Shown here: positions 26,832-37,093 of the stretch, piece by piece
Numbering within the stretch: position 1 is the first letter of the stretch
How the letters are laid out: the number at the start of each line of letters is the position of its first letter
Source of the DNA: an uncultured Alloprevotella sp.
Lineage (GTDB): Bacteria > Bacteroidota > Bacteroidia > Bacteroidales > Bacteroidaceae
Reading direction: 5' to 3'
Assembly (NCBI GenBank): GCA_963544845.1
Contig: CAUUGL010000007.1
Span: 3,471-67,470, forward strand
DNA length: 64,000 bases
The notes under the pieces: model-generated
What the model was told of the DNA's origin: nothing
What the model saw: the letters and a program-made list of their open reading frames with translations, nothing else
The model's database searches: none
Translations under genes and position numbers: made by a program

Positions 26832-28547
26832 TTATTTTCGAGTGAAAACATAGACAGTTGTTATGTCTAAGGAACTGGCAGACGTGTCCTTGGGAACATA
26901 AGTGCCGCGAATACTCTCAAATACTACTCGGTGTTTACCATTTACCGTAGGGAAAGAATGAAGATGGAGGTTGTCGTTATTTAGAGTGGACAATTCTTTA
27001 AGACTGACCATTACGCTGTCGCGGATAGTCTCTTGTTGGGTCTTTCTTTCTCGATCTGATAATTGAAAACTTATAATGGCAGTGCTGTCTTTCCACGAAC
27101 TATCGATATGGAAGAGATAAACCACTTTTTCAAATCCTTTGGGAAGATGGACGGGCGCAGTCAATTCTGCACTGAGAGAAATTTCTCCGACTCGTTTTTC
27201 GTCTTCATTTTTCTCCCAGTAGAACCATAGAGATACGTCATTCTTCACCCATTGCGCCACTTCCTCCTCACCATAGCGGCTTTCAATATATTGTAGATTC
27301 TCAATAATCTCGTTGCGACGCTCATTATTATAGTGTTGTAGCCAAGTATCAAATTCTATCTGATTCATAGGCTCTTTAGAAGGCGGGTATGATGCCCATA
27401 ATTCCTGTAGTCTATTTTTGCGCATAGACAAGGCAATATTCGAAAAATTAAGGGGTAATACCGATGAAAGCAGAAATAGCACACCGAAAGAGAGGGCTAC
27501 CCAGTGTATGCGACGAGCACGTGTAAAGAACAAGCCAATACACACTCCGTAAAACCATAAGTTGAGTAGCAAAGCATAAAGTCGTATATCAGTTACTCCA
27601 TAGTCCGAAAGGCGTCGATAGATACCTATACTCATCAGGAGCAGAAGGGGAAGTACACCTATAGATAACCATCGTACAACTCGACACTCCCACGAATTGG
27701 GGCGTTGCAGTATTGTTGGGTAAAGGGTGAAAGTCAAGGCTATGGTTCCAAAAACCAGTACAGAAACCATCCATCCCACCCCTCCATCAGGCAACTCCCA
27801 TTGCACGAGAATCTTACCAGCATAGGCATAGAGAACCAATACATACAATCCCGTTAAAGGCAAGAACAGAAAACGTACTACTCTTGTCAGAAATAGGGAA
27901 GTTGTGATATGATGACAATGCTTGTTGACGCCCTGAGGAAAGCGGCTCATCCATAACAGTAGAGAAAGCATTAGTTCGAAGACTACGAAGGTGGTAGCAT
28001 ACCAGTTCCAATCGACAGAAATACCAAAAAGAAAATCAAGTGAACTGATAAGTAAGCACACCCCACCTGTCATAATGCTACCAACGAGCAAAGCAACTGC
28101 TGCACTTGTGAGTAATTGCAAGGCAAAGTGCCAAGAAGGGAGGTCATCTTTCTCACGAAAGAAGGGGAGGAAAAAGAGGGCCAGACACAAAGAAACAATG
28201 GCTGAAAGGTGTCCAAAGGCCAAACTAAGACTGAATCCTTCTGAGCCTAATGTCCACAACCAAAGGCTGTCGAGAAAAAGCAAACTATGAGCCGAAGTAC
28301 CGACGGCAATCTGTCGAGAACGCGGTATGTTTTCTTCACCCCATAATTGCAATACAAGACTTAGTAGCAGCCCCGTTGAACTATAGTAGGTAAGTACACC
28401 AAACTTATAGTCACTCCAAAAGGGGGATTCATTCCAGATATTCAGTAGGCAGACACTGCCTAAAGCTAATAAGAAAATAAAAGCCAAGCCAAAACGTCGT
28501 ATGGCAGACGTGATGGTGGATAATAAACGAGCAGGGGAGAATATCAT
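26832..28547 (-). CDS. polytopic membrane protein with a C-terminal soluble domain, function unknown (possibly DUF4153-like)
   Basis: 571 aa, with about 10 TM helices in the first 370 aa followed by a hydrophilic domain of about 190 aa. The family name is recalled from memory and is not verified. Confidence 0.6.
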   Translation of the reverse strand: MIFSPARLLSTITSAIRRFGLAFIFLLALGSVCLLNIWNESPFWSDYKFGVLTYYSSTGLLLSLVLQLWGEENIPRSRQIAVGTSAHSLLFLDSLWLWTLGSEGFSLSLAFGHLSAIVSLCLALFFLPFFREKDDLPSWHFALQLLTSAAVALLVGSIMTGGVCLLISSLDFLFGISVDWNWYATTFVVFELMLSLLLWMSRFPQGVNKHCHHITTSLFLTRVVRFLFLPLTGLYVLVLYAYAGKILVQWELPDGGVGWMVSVLVFGTIALTFTLYPTILQRPNSWECRVVRWLSIGVLPLLLLMSIGIYRRLSDYGVTDIRLYALLLNLWFYGVCIGLFFTRARRIHWVALSFGVLFLLSSVLPLNFSNIALSMRKNRLQELWASYPPSKEPMNQIEFDTWLQHYNNERRNEIIENLQYIESRYGEEEVAQWVKNDVSLWFYWEKNEDEKRVGEISLSAELTAPVHLPKGFEKVVYLFHIDSSWKDSTAIISFQLSDRERKTQQETIRDSVMVSLKELSTLNNDNLHLHSFPTVNGKHRVVFESIRGTYVPKDTSASSLDITTVYVFTRK

Positions 28548-28661
28548 TGTCAGAAGAGATTGAAAAAAAGATTGAAAAAAGTGAAAAATCGGTCGGCTCT
28601 CTTACTTAAAAACTGCAAGCGCGCGTTACACTACGCCAAATTGCGGTGTGTACGCGCGCCG

Positions 28662-28705
28662 GAAGCAAAATAGATGGGGAAGAAATATGTTTTAGGTACC
28701 CATCT
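28662..28705 (-). terminator. possible terminator hairpin directly after the serS stop
   Basis: On the minus strand, AGATGGGT...CCCCATCT is followed by ATTTTGCTT. The stem is short. Confidence 0.4.
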
Positions 28706-29983
28706 TTAGGAAATCATTTCACATCCCATATAGGGTTGTAAAGCTTTAGGAATACGGATGCCATCAGGAGTTTGGAAATTCTCGAGCAAAGCGGCCACAA
28801 TGCGAGGTAGAGCAAGTGCAGAACCATTAAGTGTGTGGCAGAGCTCGATTTTTTTATCTTCTGCACGGCGATACCGGCAATGGAGACGATTAGCTTGATA
28901 GCTGTCGAAGTTTGAAACTGAGGAAACTTCGAGCCAGCGGCCTTGTGCTTCGCTGTATACTTCGAAGTCATAGCAGAGGGCAGCGGTGAAACTCATGTCG
29001 CCACCACAGAGCCGCAGGATGCGATAGGGGAGTTCGAGTTTTTGTAGAAGCCCTTCGACGTGTGCGAGCATTTCTTCATGACTTTGCTGAGAATGCTCAG
29101 GGCGATCGATGCGGACAATTTCGATTTTAGAGAACTCGTGCAGACGGTTCAAACCACGGACGTCCTTCCCGTATGAACCCGCTTCGCGGCGGAAACACTG
29201 CGTGTAGGCACAATTCTTAATGGGTAAGTCCTTTTCGTCGATAATAACATCACGATAAATATTGGTGACGGGGACTTCGGCTGTTGGGATGAGATAAAGA
29301 TTGTCAAGTGTGCAATGGTACATTTGTCCTTCTTTATCAGGGAGTTGTCCGGTACCATAACCCGAGGCTTCGTTTACTACGGTAGGGGGCATTATTTCAG
29401 TGTAGCCGGAGGCACGTGCTTCATCAAGGAAGAAATTGATAAGTGCGCGTTGTAAGCGAGCACCTTGTCCTTTATAAACGGGAAAGCCAGCACCAGTGAT
29501 TTTCACGCCGAGGTCGAAGTCAATCAAATCATATTTCTTTGCAAGTTCCCAGTGAGGAAGGGGATTTTCGGGTAATTTAGTTTGTTGCCCACCCATCTTC
29601 ACCACTTCATTGTCTTCTGCACTTTTACCCTCTGGTACAAGATTATAGGGGAGGTTGGGAATAGTGTATAACAGCTCTGTACGCTCTTGTTCAGCTGACT
29701 TCATAATCTCTTCGAGTTCAGCGCTCTTCACTTTAAGTGCTGCTACTTTTGTTTTGGCAGCTTCGGCTTCATCACGCTTTCCCTCTTTCATTAGTCCACC
29801 AATTGCTTTGGCCAATTGTTTTTGTTCGGCCAACGCAGCATCCATATCTGATTGGGCTGTCTTACGTTTTTGGTCAGCAGCCAAGACGGCCTCAATTGCC
29901 TCCTGTGCACCTACAAAATGTTTCTTTTCAAGACCGCGTATTACGGCCTCTTTATTCTCTGTAATTTGTTTAATTGTCAACAT
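28706..29983 (-). CDS. serS: serine--tRNA ligase
   Basis: N-terminal coiled-coil arm and class II motifs (FRREAGS, TAEVP, GSALALPR). 425 aa. Confidence 0.95.
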   Translation of the reverse strand: MLTIKQITENKEAVIRGLEKKHFVGAQEAIEAVLAADQKRKTAQSDMDAALAEQKQLAKAIGGLMKEGKRDEAEAAKTKVAALKVKSAELEEIMKSAEQERTELLYTIPNLPYNLVPEGKSAEDNEVVKMGGQQTKLPENPLPHWELAKKYDLIDFDLGVKITGAGFPVYKGQGARLQRALINFFLDEARASGYTEIMPPTVVNEASGYGTGQLPDKEGQMYHCTLDNLYLIPTAEVPVTNIYRDVIIDEKDLPIKNCAYTQCFRREAGSYGKDVRGLNRLHEFSKIEIVRIDRPEHSQQSHEEMLAHVEGLLQKLELPYRILRLCGGDMSFTAALCYDFEVYSEAQGRWLEVSSVSNFDSYQANRLHCRYRRAEDKKIELCHTLNGSALALPRIVAALLENFQTPDGIRIPKALQPYMGCEMIS

Positions 29984-30011
29984 ATGAGCTATCTGTGTTT
30001 GTTTTACCTCG

Positions 30012-30019
30012 CAAAATTA
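30012..30019 (-). promoter_or_regulatory. candidate -7 box (TAATTTTG on the minus strand) for serS
   Basis: TAnnTTTG match about 30 nt upstream of the serS ATG at 29983. Confidence 0.45.
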
Positions 30020-30325
30020 ATGATTTATTTTAAGAAACCTATCCTGAAAAGCAAGAAAGTAGACAAGTTGCCTCGATTCGTTTTTGAAAGTACAGTCAAT
30101 CTACACTTTCGCGTAAGCTTAAATACAAGCATTTTCCCATAGCCAATAGAACCAGCATACATCAACGACCTGAGCAGGCAGATGGAAAACGATTTGGAAA
30201 CTTTGAGATGAACCTCATCGTAGACCTCTTCAATCACGCCATTCTTACCATAGTGAAGGGTGTACCCTACGACCAGACAGCAATAATTTCAAATACTAAA
30301 ACAAGTTGGATTGAAAAAAAAACAT

Positions 30326-30333
30326 TACCTTTG
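30326..30333 (+). promoter_or_regulatory. candidate -7 box TACCTTTG upstream of the ftsE-like gene
   Basis: TAnnTTTG match 124 nt upstream of the ATG at 30457. Confidence 0.35.
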
Positions 30334-30456
30334 CAAATGTTAAGTCCATTACTTGAACTGGTCATCTCCATACGATAATTTAATAGGTATGAGCAAAAAA
30401 ATGAAGGTAAGATGGGCTTTATGTTTTTCTACTCCTCCTAATCGTCCTTTCGGATT

Positions 30457-31158
30457 ATGCTTATCAATTTCAAAAATCTCCACATCAACATTGAGAACAC
30501 CACAATTTTAGAAAATGTCGATTTTCAGGTAGACGATAGTGAATTTGTCTATGTGATAGGCCGTGTGGGCAGTGGAAAAAGTTCGTTGCTCCGCACCATC
30601 TATGGTGAACAAGAGTTCGAAGGAAAAGAAGCTACCGTGCTTGAGTATGACCTCACCACTCTTCGCACGAAACATATTCCTGAGTTACGGCGCAGGATGG
30701 GCATAGTTTTTCAAGATTTCTCCCTTCTACCTCAGCATACAGTGGAAGAAAACCTCGATTTCGTGTTGCGCGCAACGGGTTGGAAGAATAAGAAAGAGAG
30801 AACTGCCCGCCTTGAGGAAGTGCTGAAGGAAGTGGAACTACACGACAAGTTAAACAGATACCCTCACGAACTGTCCGGAGGCGAGCAACAGCGTGTGGGT
30901 ATTGCCCGTGCACTGCTAAATAAACCACGTCTGCTTTTGGCCGATGAACCTACGGGCAATCTTGACCATGAAACTGGTCGCAATATTCTCCGTCTCTTAC
31001 GCTCACTCACAGAACGTGGTACCGCTGTGGTCATTGTGACGCACAATCATCATTATTTACAAGAGTTTCCTGGTATTGTTTATCGGTGTGAAAATCATAC
31101 GATAAGTGAAGTCACAGCAGAGTTTTCGTTAAAGGTCTCCAATGAGGAGGAGCAATAA
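30457..31158 (+). CDS. ftsE: FtsE-like ABC transporter ATP-binding protein
   Basis: Walker [10 protein letters not shown], signature [15 protein letters not shown] and Walker [13 protein letters not shown]. Size and sequence pattern fit FtsE. Confidence 0.75.
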   Translation: MLINFKNLHINIENTTILENVDFQVDDSEFVYVIGRVGSGKSSLLRTIYGEQEFEGKEATVLEYDLTTLRTKHIPELRRRMGIVFQDFSLLPQHTVEENLDFVLRATGWKNKKERTARLEEVLKEVELHDKLNRYPHELSGGEQQRVGIARALLNKPRLLLADEPTGNLDHETGRNILRLLRSLTERGTAVVIVTHNHHYLQEFPGIVYRCENHTISEVTAEFSLKVSNEEEQ

Positions 31159-31194
31159 ACCAAGAACAGATTTTATCATCGAAAAAGTAACATT

Positions 31195-32520
31195 ATGAAA
31201 ATCTATAAATTTGGAGGTACTTCTGTCGGTACACCGGAACGAATGAAGGAAGTATGTCACCTCATTACTGGAGATGGTGAACAAAAAATTGTGGTTCTCT
31301 CCGCAATGAGCGGTACCACCAATAGTTTAGTAGAGATTGCTGACTACTTTCGCAAAGGAAATCCCGAAGGGGCCAGCAATATGGTCAATGCCCTACGTCG
31401 TCAATATCATCAACACGTGCCTTTGCTTCACGAGAAGGAAGAGGTGAGAGCAAAGACCATCAAAATGCTAGATGATATATTCCTCCAACTCCATGATTTC
31501 CGAGGACGAGAGTTTTCTGATGCAGATGAAAAAGCCATACTCGCAAAAGGGGAAATCATGAGCACGAATATGCTGACTAACTACCTTAAGGAAGTGGGTG
31601 TAAAAGCTTGCCTGCTACCTGCACTTGAGTATATGCGCTTAGACTATAATGGTGAGCCGGATGTTGCTTTTATTCGTGAGCGTTTGCGTGACTTACTAGA
31701 AAGTAATCCAGGCTATGACATCTATATCACCCAAGGCTTCATTTGCCGAAATGCCGATGGTGCCATCGATAACTTACAACGCGGAGGCTCCGATTATACA
31801 GCTTCGCTGATTGGTGCTGCCATACGTGCCGACGAGATACAAATATGGACGGACATTGACGGAATGCACAACAATGATCCACGGATTGTGGAAGGTACAA
31901 CCCCTGTGCGTCAACTGAATTTTGAAGAAGCGGCCGAATTGGCTTATTTTGGTGCAAAAATTCTCCATCCTACTTGTGTGCAACCCGCTCGTTATGCCGG
32001 AGTTCCCGTTCGCCTTAAGAATACGATGAGACCTTCTGCTTCTGGTACTATCATCAACAACGATCTGCAAGAAGGTTGTATCAAAGCCGTAGCTGCAAAA
32101 GACAATATCACCTCGGTGAAGATTGTTAGTTCACGTATGTTCCTTGCCAGTGGCTTTATGTGTAAAGTTTTCAATGTCTTCGATAAGTACAAAACACCTA
32201 TTGATATGATTACCACCAGCGAGGTTGGAGTGTCGCTTAGCATCGATAACACCTCGCATCTTGCTGCTATCGTTGATGAGCTCAAGGAACTGGGTACGGT
32301 AATCGTCGATAAAAAGATGTGCATCATCTGTGTGGTAGGCGACTTGCGCTGGAGTAACACTGGATTTGAGAGTTTGGCTGCTGAAGCACTGCATGATGTT
32401 CCAGTGCGCATGATTAGTTATGGTGGATCAGACCACAATATTTCATTTCTCGTGAGTATGAAAGACAAAAAGCAAGTCTTGCAATCTTTGCAAACCAAGC
32501 TGTTTGGTCAACCCTCATAA
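31195..32520 (+). CDS. lysC: aspartate kinase
   Basis: N-terminal KFGGTSVG, an amino-acid kinase fold and two C-terminal ACT-like repeats. lysA lies adjacent. Confidence 0.9.
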   Translation: MKIYKFGGTSVGTPERMKEVCHLITGDGEQKIVVLSAMSGTTNSLVEIADYFRKGNPEGASNMVNALRRQYHQHVPLLHEKEEVRAKTIKMLDDIFLQLHDFRGREFSDADEKAILAKGEIMSTNMLTNYLKEVGVKACLLPALEYMRLDYNGEPDVAFIRERLRDLLESNPGYDIYITQGFICRNADGAIDNLQRGGSDYTASLIGAAIRADEIQIWTDIDGMHNNDPRIVEGTTPVRQLNFEEAAELAYFGAKILHPTCVQPARYAGVPVRLKNTMRPSASGTIINNDLQEGCIKAVAAKDNITSVKIVSSRMFLASGFMCKVFNVFDKYKTPIDMITTSEVGVSLSIDNTSHLAAIVDELKELGTVIVDKKMCIICVVGDLRWSNTGFESLAAEALHDVPVRMISYGGSDHNISFLVSMKDKKQVLQSLQTKLFGQPS

Positions 32521-32542
32521 CACCCTAACATTATATTTCAAC

Positions 32543-32580
32543 AACCTACACACCTGTTCGCAGGTGTGTAGGTTGCTTTG
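32543..32580 (+). terminator. hairpin terminator after lysC
   Basis: AACCTACACACCTG-TTCG-CAGGTGTGTAGGTT is a 14-bp perfect stem with a tetraloop, followed by GCTTTG. Confidence 0.6.
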
Positions 32581-32606
32581 AGTTCAGACTACACGCTAAA
32601 CAGACA

Positions 32607-33764
32607 ATGAATACAGAACTTTTTCAAAAACGTGAAACCCCATTTTACCACTATGATCTCAACGTGCTGACCGCCACGCTTGAGCGTATCCATACCGCGA
32701 CCGGCAATATCCCGAACTGCCACGTTCACTACGCAGTGAAGGCCTGCGCTACTCCAGCCATCCTAACCACCATTGCTAAAGCCGGCTTGGGTGCCGACTG
32801 TGTGAGTGGTGGAGAAGTACAGGCAGCTTTCAATGCAGGTTTTCCTGCCGATAAGATTGTATTTGCCGGAGTAGGGAAATCCGATTGGGAAATCCAACTT
32901 GCTCTTCAAATCGGCATTGCCTGCTTCAATGTCGAAAGTCTGCCGGAGTTGGAAAATATCAATGCCATTGCACAACAAATGGAGAAAACGGCGCGAGTGG
33001 CTTTCCGCATCAATCCCAATGTGGATGCACGCACTCATGCTAAAATCACCACGGGACTAAATGAAAACAAATTCGGATTGGCGATAGAAGACATGCTATC
33101 CACTATTCAGTATGCCCAAACATTGTCGAACGTAGAGTACATCGGTCTTCATTTCCACATCGGTAGCCAAATCACCGATATGCAATCCTTTAGGTACCTT
33201 GCAGCATGTATCAATTCGTTGCAAGATCAATTGGAGCAGGCTGGTATAACAACTGCAAGTATCAATGTGGGTGGTGGATTAGGTGTGGACTACGAAAATC
33301 CTGACGCGCATCTCATCCCCGACTTTGATAGTTATTTTAACGTATTCAGACAATACCTCTGCCTCCGTCCTCACCAAGAATTACACTTTGAGCTAGGGCG
33401 TTCGGTTGTAGCACAGTGCGGTAGTCTCATCACTAGAGTACTCTATGTGAAACAAGGGCATGAAAAACAATTCGTTATTGTCGATGCTGGTATGACCGAT
33501 TTAATTCGTCCGGCTCTTTATGGTAGCCGCCATCAAGCAGTAAATCTGTCTGCACGTAGTGGAGAGTCCGAAGAACTTTACGATATTGTTGGGCCGATTT
33601 GCGAAAGTAGTGATGTCTTCTTGACTGACTACCACTTACCCATCACGAAGCGTGGAGATTTCATTGCTTTCCGCACAGCTGGTGCCTATGGAGAGATTAT
33701 GGCTTCACAATACAACTGTCGCCGCCTTCCTGGACACCTCATAGAGACTTCAATCAGCAAGTAA
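32607..33764 (+). CDS. lysA: diaminopimelate decarboxylase
   Basis: PLP lysine motif HYAVKA, plus GGGLGV, ELGRSVVA and CESSD motifs of group IV decarboxylases. Confidence 0.9.
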   Translation: MNTELFQKRETPFYHYDLNVLTATLERIHTATGNIPNCHVHYAVKACATPAILTTIAKAGLGADCVSGGEVQAAFNAGFPADKIVFAGVGKSDWEIQLALQIGIACFNVESLPELENINAIAQQMEKTARVAFRINPNVDARTHAKITTGLNENKFGLAIEDMLSTIQYAQTLSNVEYIGLHFHIGSQITDMQSFRYLAACINSLQDQLEQAGITTASINVGGGLGVDYENPDAHLIPDFDSYFNVFRQYLCLRPHQELHFELGRSVVAQCGSLITRVLYVKQGHEKQFVIVDAGMTDLIRPALYGSRHQAVNLSARSGESEELYDIVGPICESSDVFLTDYHLPITKRGDFIAFRTAGAYGEIMASQYNCRRLPGHLIETSISK

Positions 33765-33777
33765 CCTTCCCCACCCA

Positions 33778-34911
33778 ATGATAGGAATCTACATTCATGT
33801 TCCCTTCTGTGAAAAGCGCTGTATCTACTGTAATTTCTACAGCACGACTCATGGTAAAGCGGAACGCATGGCTTACGTACAGGCACTCATCAATGAGATG
33901 AAAGTACGCAGCACAGACACTCCTGTTTCGACCCTTTACTTCGGAGGTGGAACACCTTCACAACTCGACACCGATGAACTCACCCAAGTCTTTGAAGCTG
34001 TCCATCATACATTCTCAATAGATGCTGATGCTGAAATTACCTTTGAGGCCAATCCAGATGACATCACCCTCGAAAAAGCCCTGCTGCTGCGGAAACTTGA
34101 TGTAAATCGCGTAAGCCTCGGCGTGCAGAGCTTCGACGACACACAACTACAGTTCCTTAATCGACGCCACAATTCTCGTCAAGCTTTCGATGCCATCCGA
34201 TTACTCATTGACGCCGGCATTGAGAACATCAGTATAGACCTTATTTATGGTCTACCCAATCAAAGTCTCTGCAATTGGGAGCAAGAAGTAAGAACTGCCC
34301 TTTCTCTTCCAATACAGCACCTTTCTGCTTATTCTCTCACTTATGAAAACTCAACTTCACTATATCGTGCACTGAAACGCGGTGAAGTCAAGGAAGCTGA
34401 TGAAGAGCTTTCACTCAGCATGTTCCAATCTCTCCTTTACCTCACGGAATCCGAGGGATTTGAACACTACGAGATTTCTAACTTCGCTCTTCCGGGTTAC
34501 CGTTCTCGTCACAACTCATCTTACTGGAAGGGAATTCCTTACTTGGGCTTTGGTCCTGGTGCACATTCGTTTGATGGTAAACGTTGTCGCCGGCAAAATC
34601 TCCCACAACTGCATGCTTACAGCCATACAAACTTCACTACTCCACATGCTGATGTACCGCATAGTATTGAGATTCTCAGCAACTCGGAGCATTATGATGA
34701 GGTAATGATGACCCGCCTGCGCACTGCAGAAGGTATCCATCTCTCCCAACTACAAGACAATTGTGGAACAATCTATTTTGATTACCTCCTACATATGGCT
34801 CTTCCGTTCATCAACGATGGAGTTTTGGAAATTAAGAATGACTACTTACGTTTAACGCATAAAGGTCTTTTTATTTCTGATTATATTATGACTGAACTTA
34901 TTTGGGCATAA
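33778..34911 (+). CDS. hemW: radical SAM heme chaperone HemW / oxygen-independent coproporphyrinogen-III oxidase-like protein
   Basis: YIHVPFCEKRCIYCNF (CxxxCxxC), GGGTPS and a HemN C-terminal domain. Confidence 0.85.
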   Translation: MIGIYIHVPFCEKRCIYCNFYSTTHGKAERMAYVQALINEMKVRSTDTPVSTLYFGGGTPSQLDTDELTQVFEAVHHTFSIDADAEITFEANPDDITLEKALLLRKLDVNRVSLGVQSFDDTQLQFLNRRHNSRQAFDAIRLLIDAGIENISIDLIYGLPNQSLCNWEQEVRTALSLPIQHLSAYSLTYENSTSLYRALKRGEVKEADEELSLSMFQSLLYLTESEGFEHYEISNFALPGYRSRHNSSYWKGIPYLGFGPGAHSFDGKRCRRQNLPQLHAYSHTNFTTPHADVPHSIEILSNSEHYDEVMMTRLRTAEGIHLSQLQDNCGTIYFDYLLHMALPFINDGVLEIKNDYLRLTHKGLFISDYIMTELIWA

Positions 34912-34918
34912 GATTATT

Positions 34919-35553
34919 GGTTCATCCGACATTTGGAGTAATGTGGCCATCGTGTAGCGCATATAACCTTAGCTCAAAGTATCTTTCATCCCTAAAAGCG
35001 TAGACCACTCTCTTCATCACCTTTACTTTGTAATTTATCCCTTCTTGATGGGGGAATCTCTTTGACCGTCTTCCACGAGACGCCCAAGAGATGGACTGTC
35101 TCTTTGAGGGTCATATCTTTCAATAAAGCGACCACATACCTTGCAAAGCGAAGAGTGTAACTGTGACTGCCGAGGGCAAAAGGTATGCGTTCCCGATAAT
35201 CATAGTCACAATCCGCACACTTGCACTTGTAGCAGCGGACTTTCATACGCAGAATTACCTTTTTACCGCCAATCGGAAGGCTTATAAAGTCACGAGTACG
35301 GAAAACCATTCTTCACCAAATGAGGATGACCGCACTGGGGATAGCATTTCGGCGCTCGTTTGCTTTCGATATGTAAGATGATTGTATTACCTTTGTATTC
35401 CTTACCCAGGCACTTGTGCGGATACAATCCCCAAGCATGATATAGAAAACTGCTGTTCATAACTGTACATTTGTTGCTAAAAATTCAAATATACAATTTG
35501 TTCAGCAGTTTTCTGCTTTTTTGAACCACATCACTCCAAATGTCGGATGAACC
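34919..35553 (-). mobile_element. ISL3-family internal-deletion derivative (635 bp) with perfect 21-bp terminal inverted repeats
   Basis: The TIRs are GGTTCATCCGACATTTGGAGT at 34919-34939 and its exact complement at 35533-35553. The interior encodes broken ISL3 N-terminal pieces (MNSSFLYHAWGL..., zinc-finger region CYKCKCADCDY) joined to the extreme C-terminus (RDERYFELRLYALHD). Confidence 0.8.
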
Positions 35554-35774
35554 CCAAATATCTCTGCAAACAACTATATTTCAGAAGGTTGTTCATTTTT
35601 TACCGGACAGCAATAATTGCAATTATATTCTGGGGGACCTCACGCGGCAGAAGAGAAATGCTTATTTCCATTCTTATAATGGCCTATAAACCGCGATGTA
35701 GAAAGGGAAGTTGAATCTTTTCAAAAGCACATTTGACCCTTAAGCCCAAAATGATAGGAGAGTCGGGCAAGACA

Positions 35775-37082
35775 CTATTGAAGCGTTACACCCCGATAGA
35801 AATCAAGGATTATGGAGCGAAAAAGAAACTCATAGCGTGCTGAGATACGGTTGGTTGCTGCACTGAAATGCTTGTTGCGAGCTTCGTCAAACTCTGTGGC
35901 ATTGGCACGACCACCTTCCAACTTCTTTGTGATGCTGGTGAGCGATATCCGAGCAGCTTCTTCGGCCACGAGAGCAGCGCGATACTTTTGCTGTGCAGCG
36001 ATGGCATTGTAGTAGGCATCTTGAATTTCCTTGTAAAGATTCTTCTTGGTGTTGTCGAGCGCCAATTGCTGTTCGAGCACGCTGAGATGTGCTGTTCTGA
36101 TGTTGTTGCGCGTAGAGTGACGGTCGAAGATAGGGATGTTGAGACTCAGACCAATGCTTTGGGAAAAATTATCTTTGATTTGTCGGTTGAAACTGAGGTT
36201 TTGGATTCCCGAAGTGTTGTAATAACTCGAACCGAGACCTGCTGTGAGCGAGAGAGTGGGGTAGCGGGCGGAGCGAGCAATCGCTATGCCTTCTTGAGCT
36301 GCGCGGATGCGGAGGTCGGCTACGCGTAGTGAGGGGCGGTCGGTGAGAGCAAGCAGATAAGTCTCTTCGGGATTTCCGGTGATGTCACGTATCTCGCTCT
36401 CTTCGGGACGTACAATGGAGAGACTGTCCGGGGTGGAGTATTCCAACAGTTGAGAAAGGGTGAGCAAGGCCAAATGATGATTGTTTTTAGCTTGAACGAG
36501 GTCGAGTTCATCCTGTGCGATGCGGGCAGTAGCTTGTGTCAAATCTACTTCAGGCAGACTTCCGGCAGCGATGCGTTTACGCACGTGCTGCTCTTGCTGC
36601 TGGGCAAGGGCGAGGTTTTCGCGGGTTTGTGAGACAACATCGGCATAGTAAATCACTTGGAAATAGGCTTGCGCCACTTGCAGGGAGAGGTCTTCTCGCA
36701 GGCGTTCCACATCGGCCGTGGCGGCAGCGAGATTGAGGGCGGCCTGCTTATTGACGTGCCTGATGCGGCCTCCTGTGAGGAGAGGCATAGAGGCGCCGAA
36801 GGAGAGTGAAGTCGAGGAGGTGTTGCGTGCTTCGTAAGTGTTGTTGGCGGTGAGACCTCGGCCGAAGGAGAGGTTTTCGCTGGCACTGGCGCTTAGCTCC
36901 GGTAAGCGGGCGTTGCGAGCGCTGTTGACATTCACTTCCTGTTGCCGACAGGACAACAATGCTTGGCGCACTTGGATGTTGCGTTCGTTGGCACGCTCGA
37001 TGCACTGTCGCAGTGTGAGGGGGGCTTGTGCAGCAGCCGAAAGTGAACAAAGGGCGAGGAGCCCGAAGAGGAATGATTTCAT
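35775..37082 (-). CDS. TolC family outer membrane efflux protein
   Basis: Signal peptide and two repeated OEP coiled-coil/beta halves. It is the last gene of the efflux operon. Confidence 0.85.
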   Translation of the reverse strand: MKSFLFGLLALCSLSAAAQAPLTLRQCIERANERNIQVRQALLSCRQQEVNVNSARNARLPELSASASENLSFGRGLTANNTYEARNTSSTSLSFGASMPLLTGGRIRHVNKQAALNLAAATADVERLREDLSLQVAQAYFQVIYYADVVSQTRENLALAQQQEQHVRKRIAAGSLPEVDLTQATARIAQDELDLVQAKNNHHLALLTLSQLLEYSTPDSLSIVRPEESEIRDITGNPEETYLLALTDRPSLRVADLRIRAAQEGIAIARSARYPTLSLTAGLGSSYYNTSGIQNLSFNRQIKDNFSQSIGLSLNIPIFDRHSTRNNIRTAHLSVLEQQLALDNTKKNLYKEIQDAYYNAIAAQQKYRAALVAEEAARISLTSITKKLEGGRANATEFDEARNKHFSAATNRISARYEFLFRSIILDFYRGVTLQ

Positions 37083-37093
37083 AGTTGTGAAGA

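Noticed and set aside
31159-31194. Lysine riboswitch upstream of lysC
   Set aside because: The 36-nt gap after the ftsE-like gene is far too short for an L-box.
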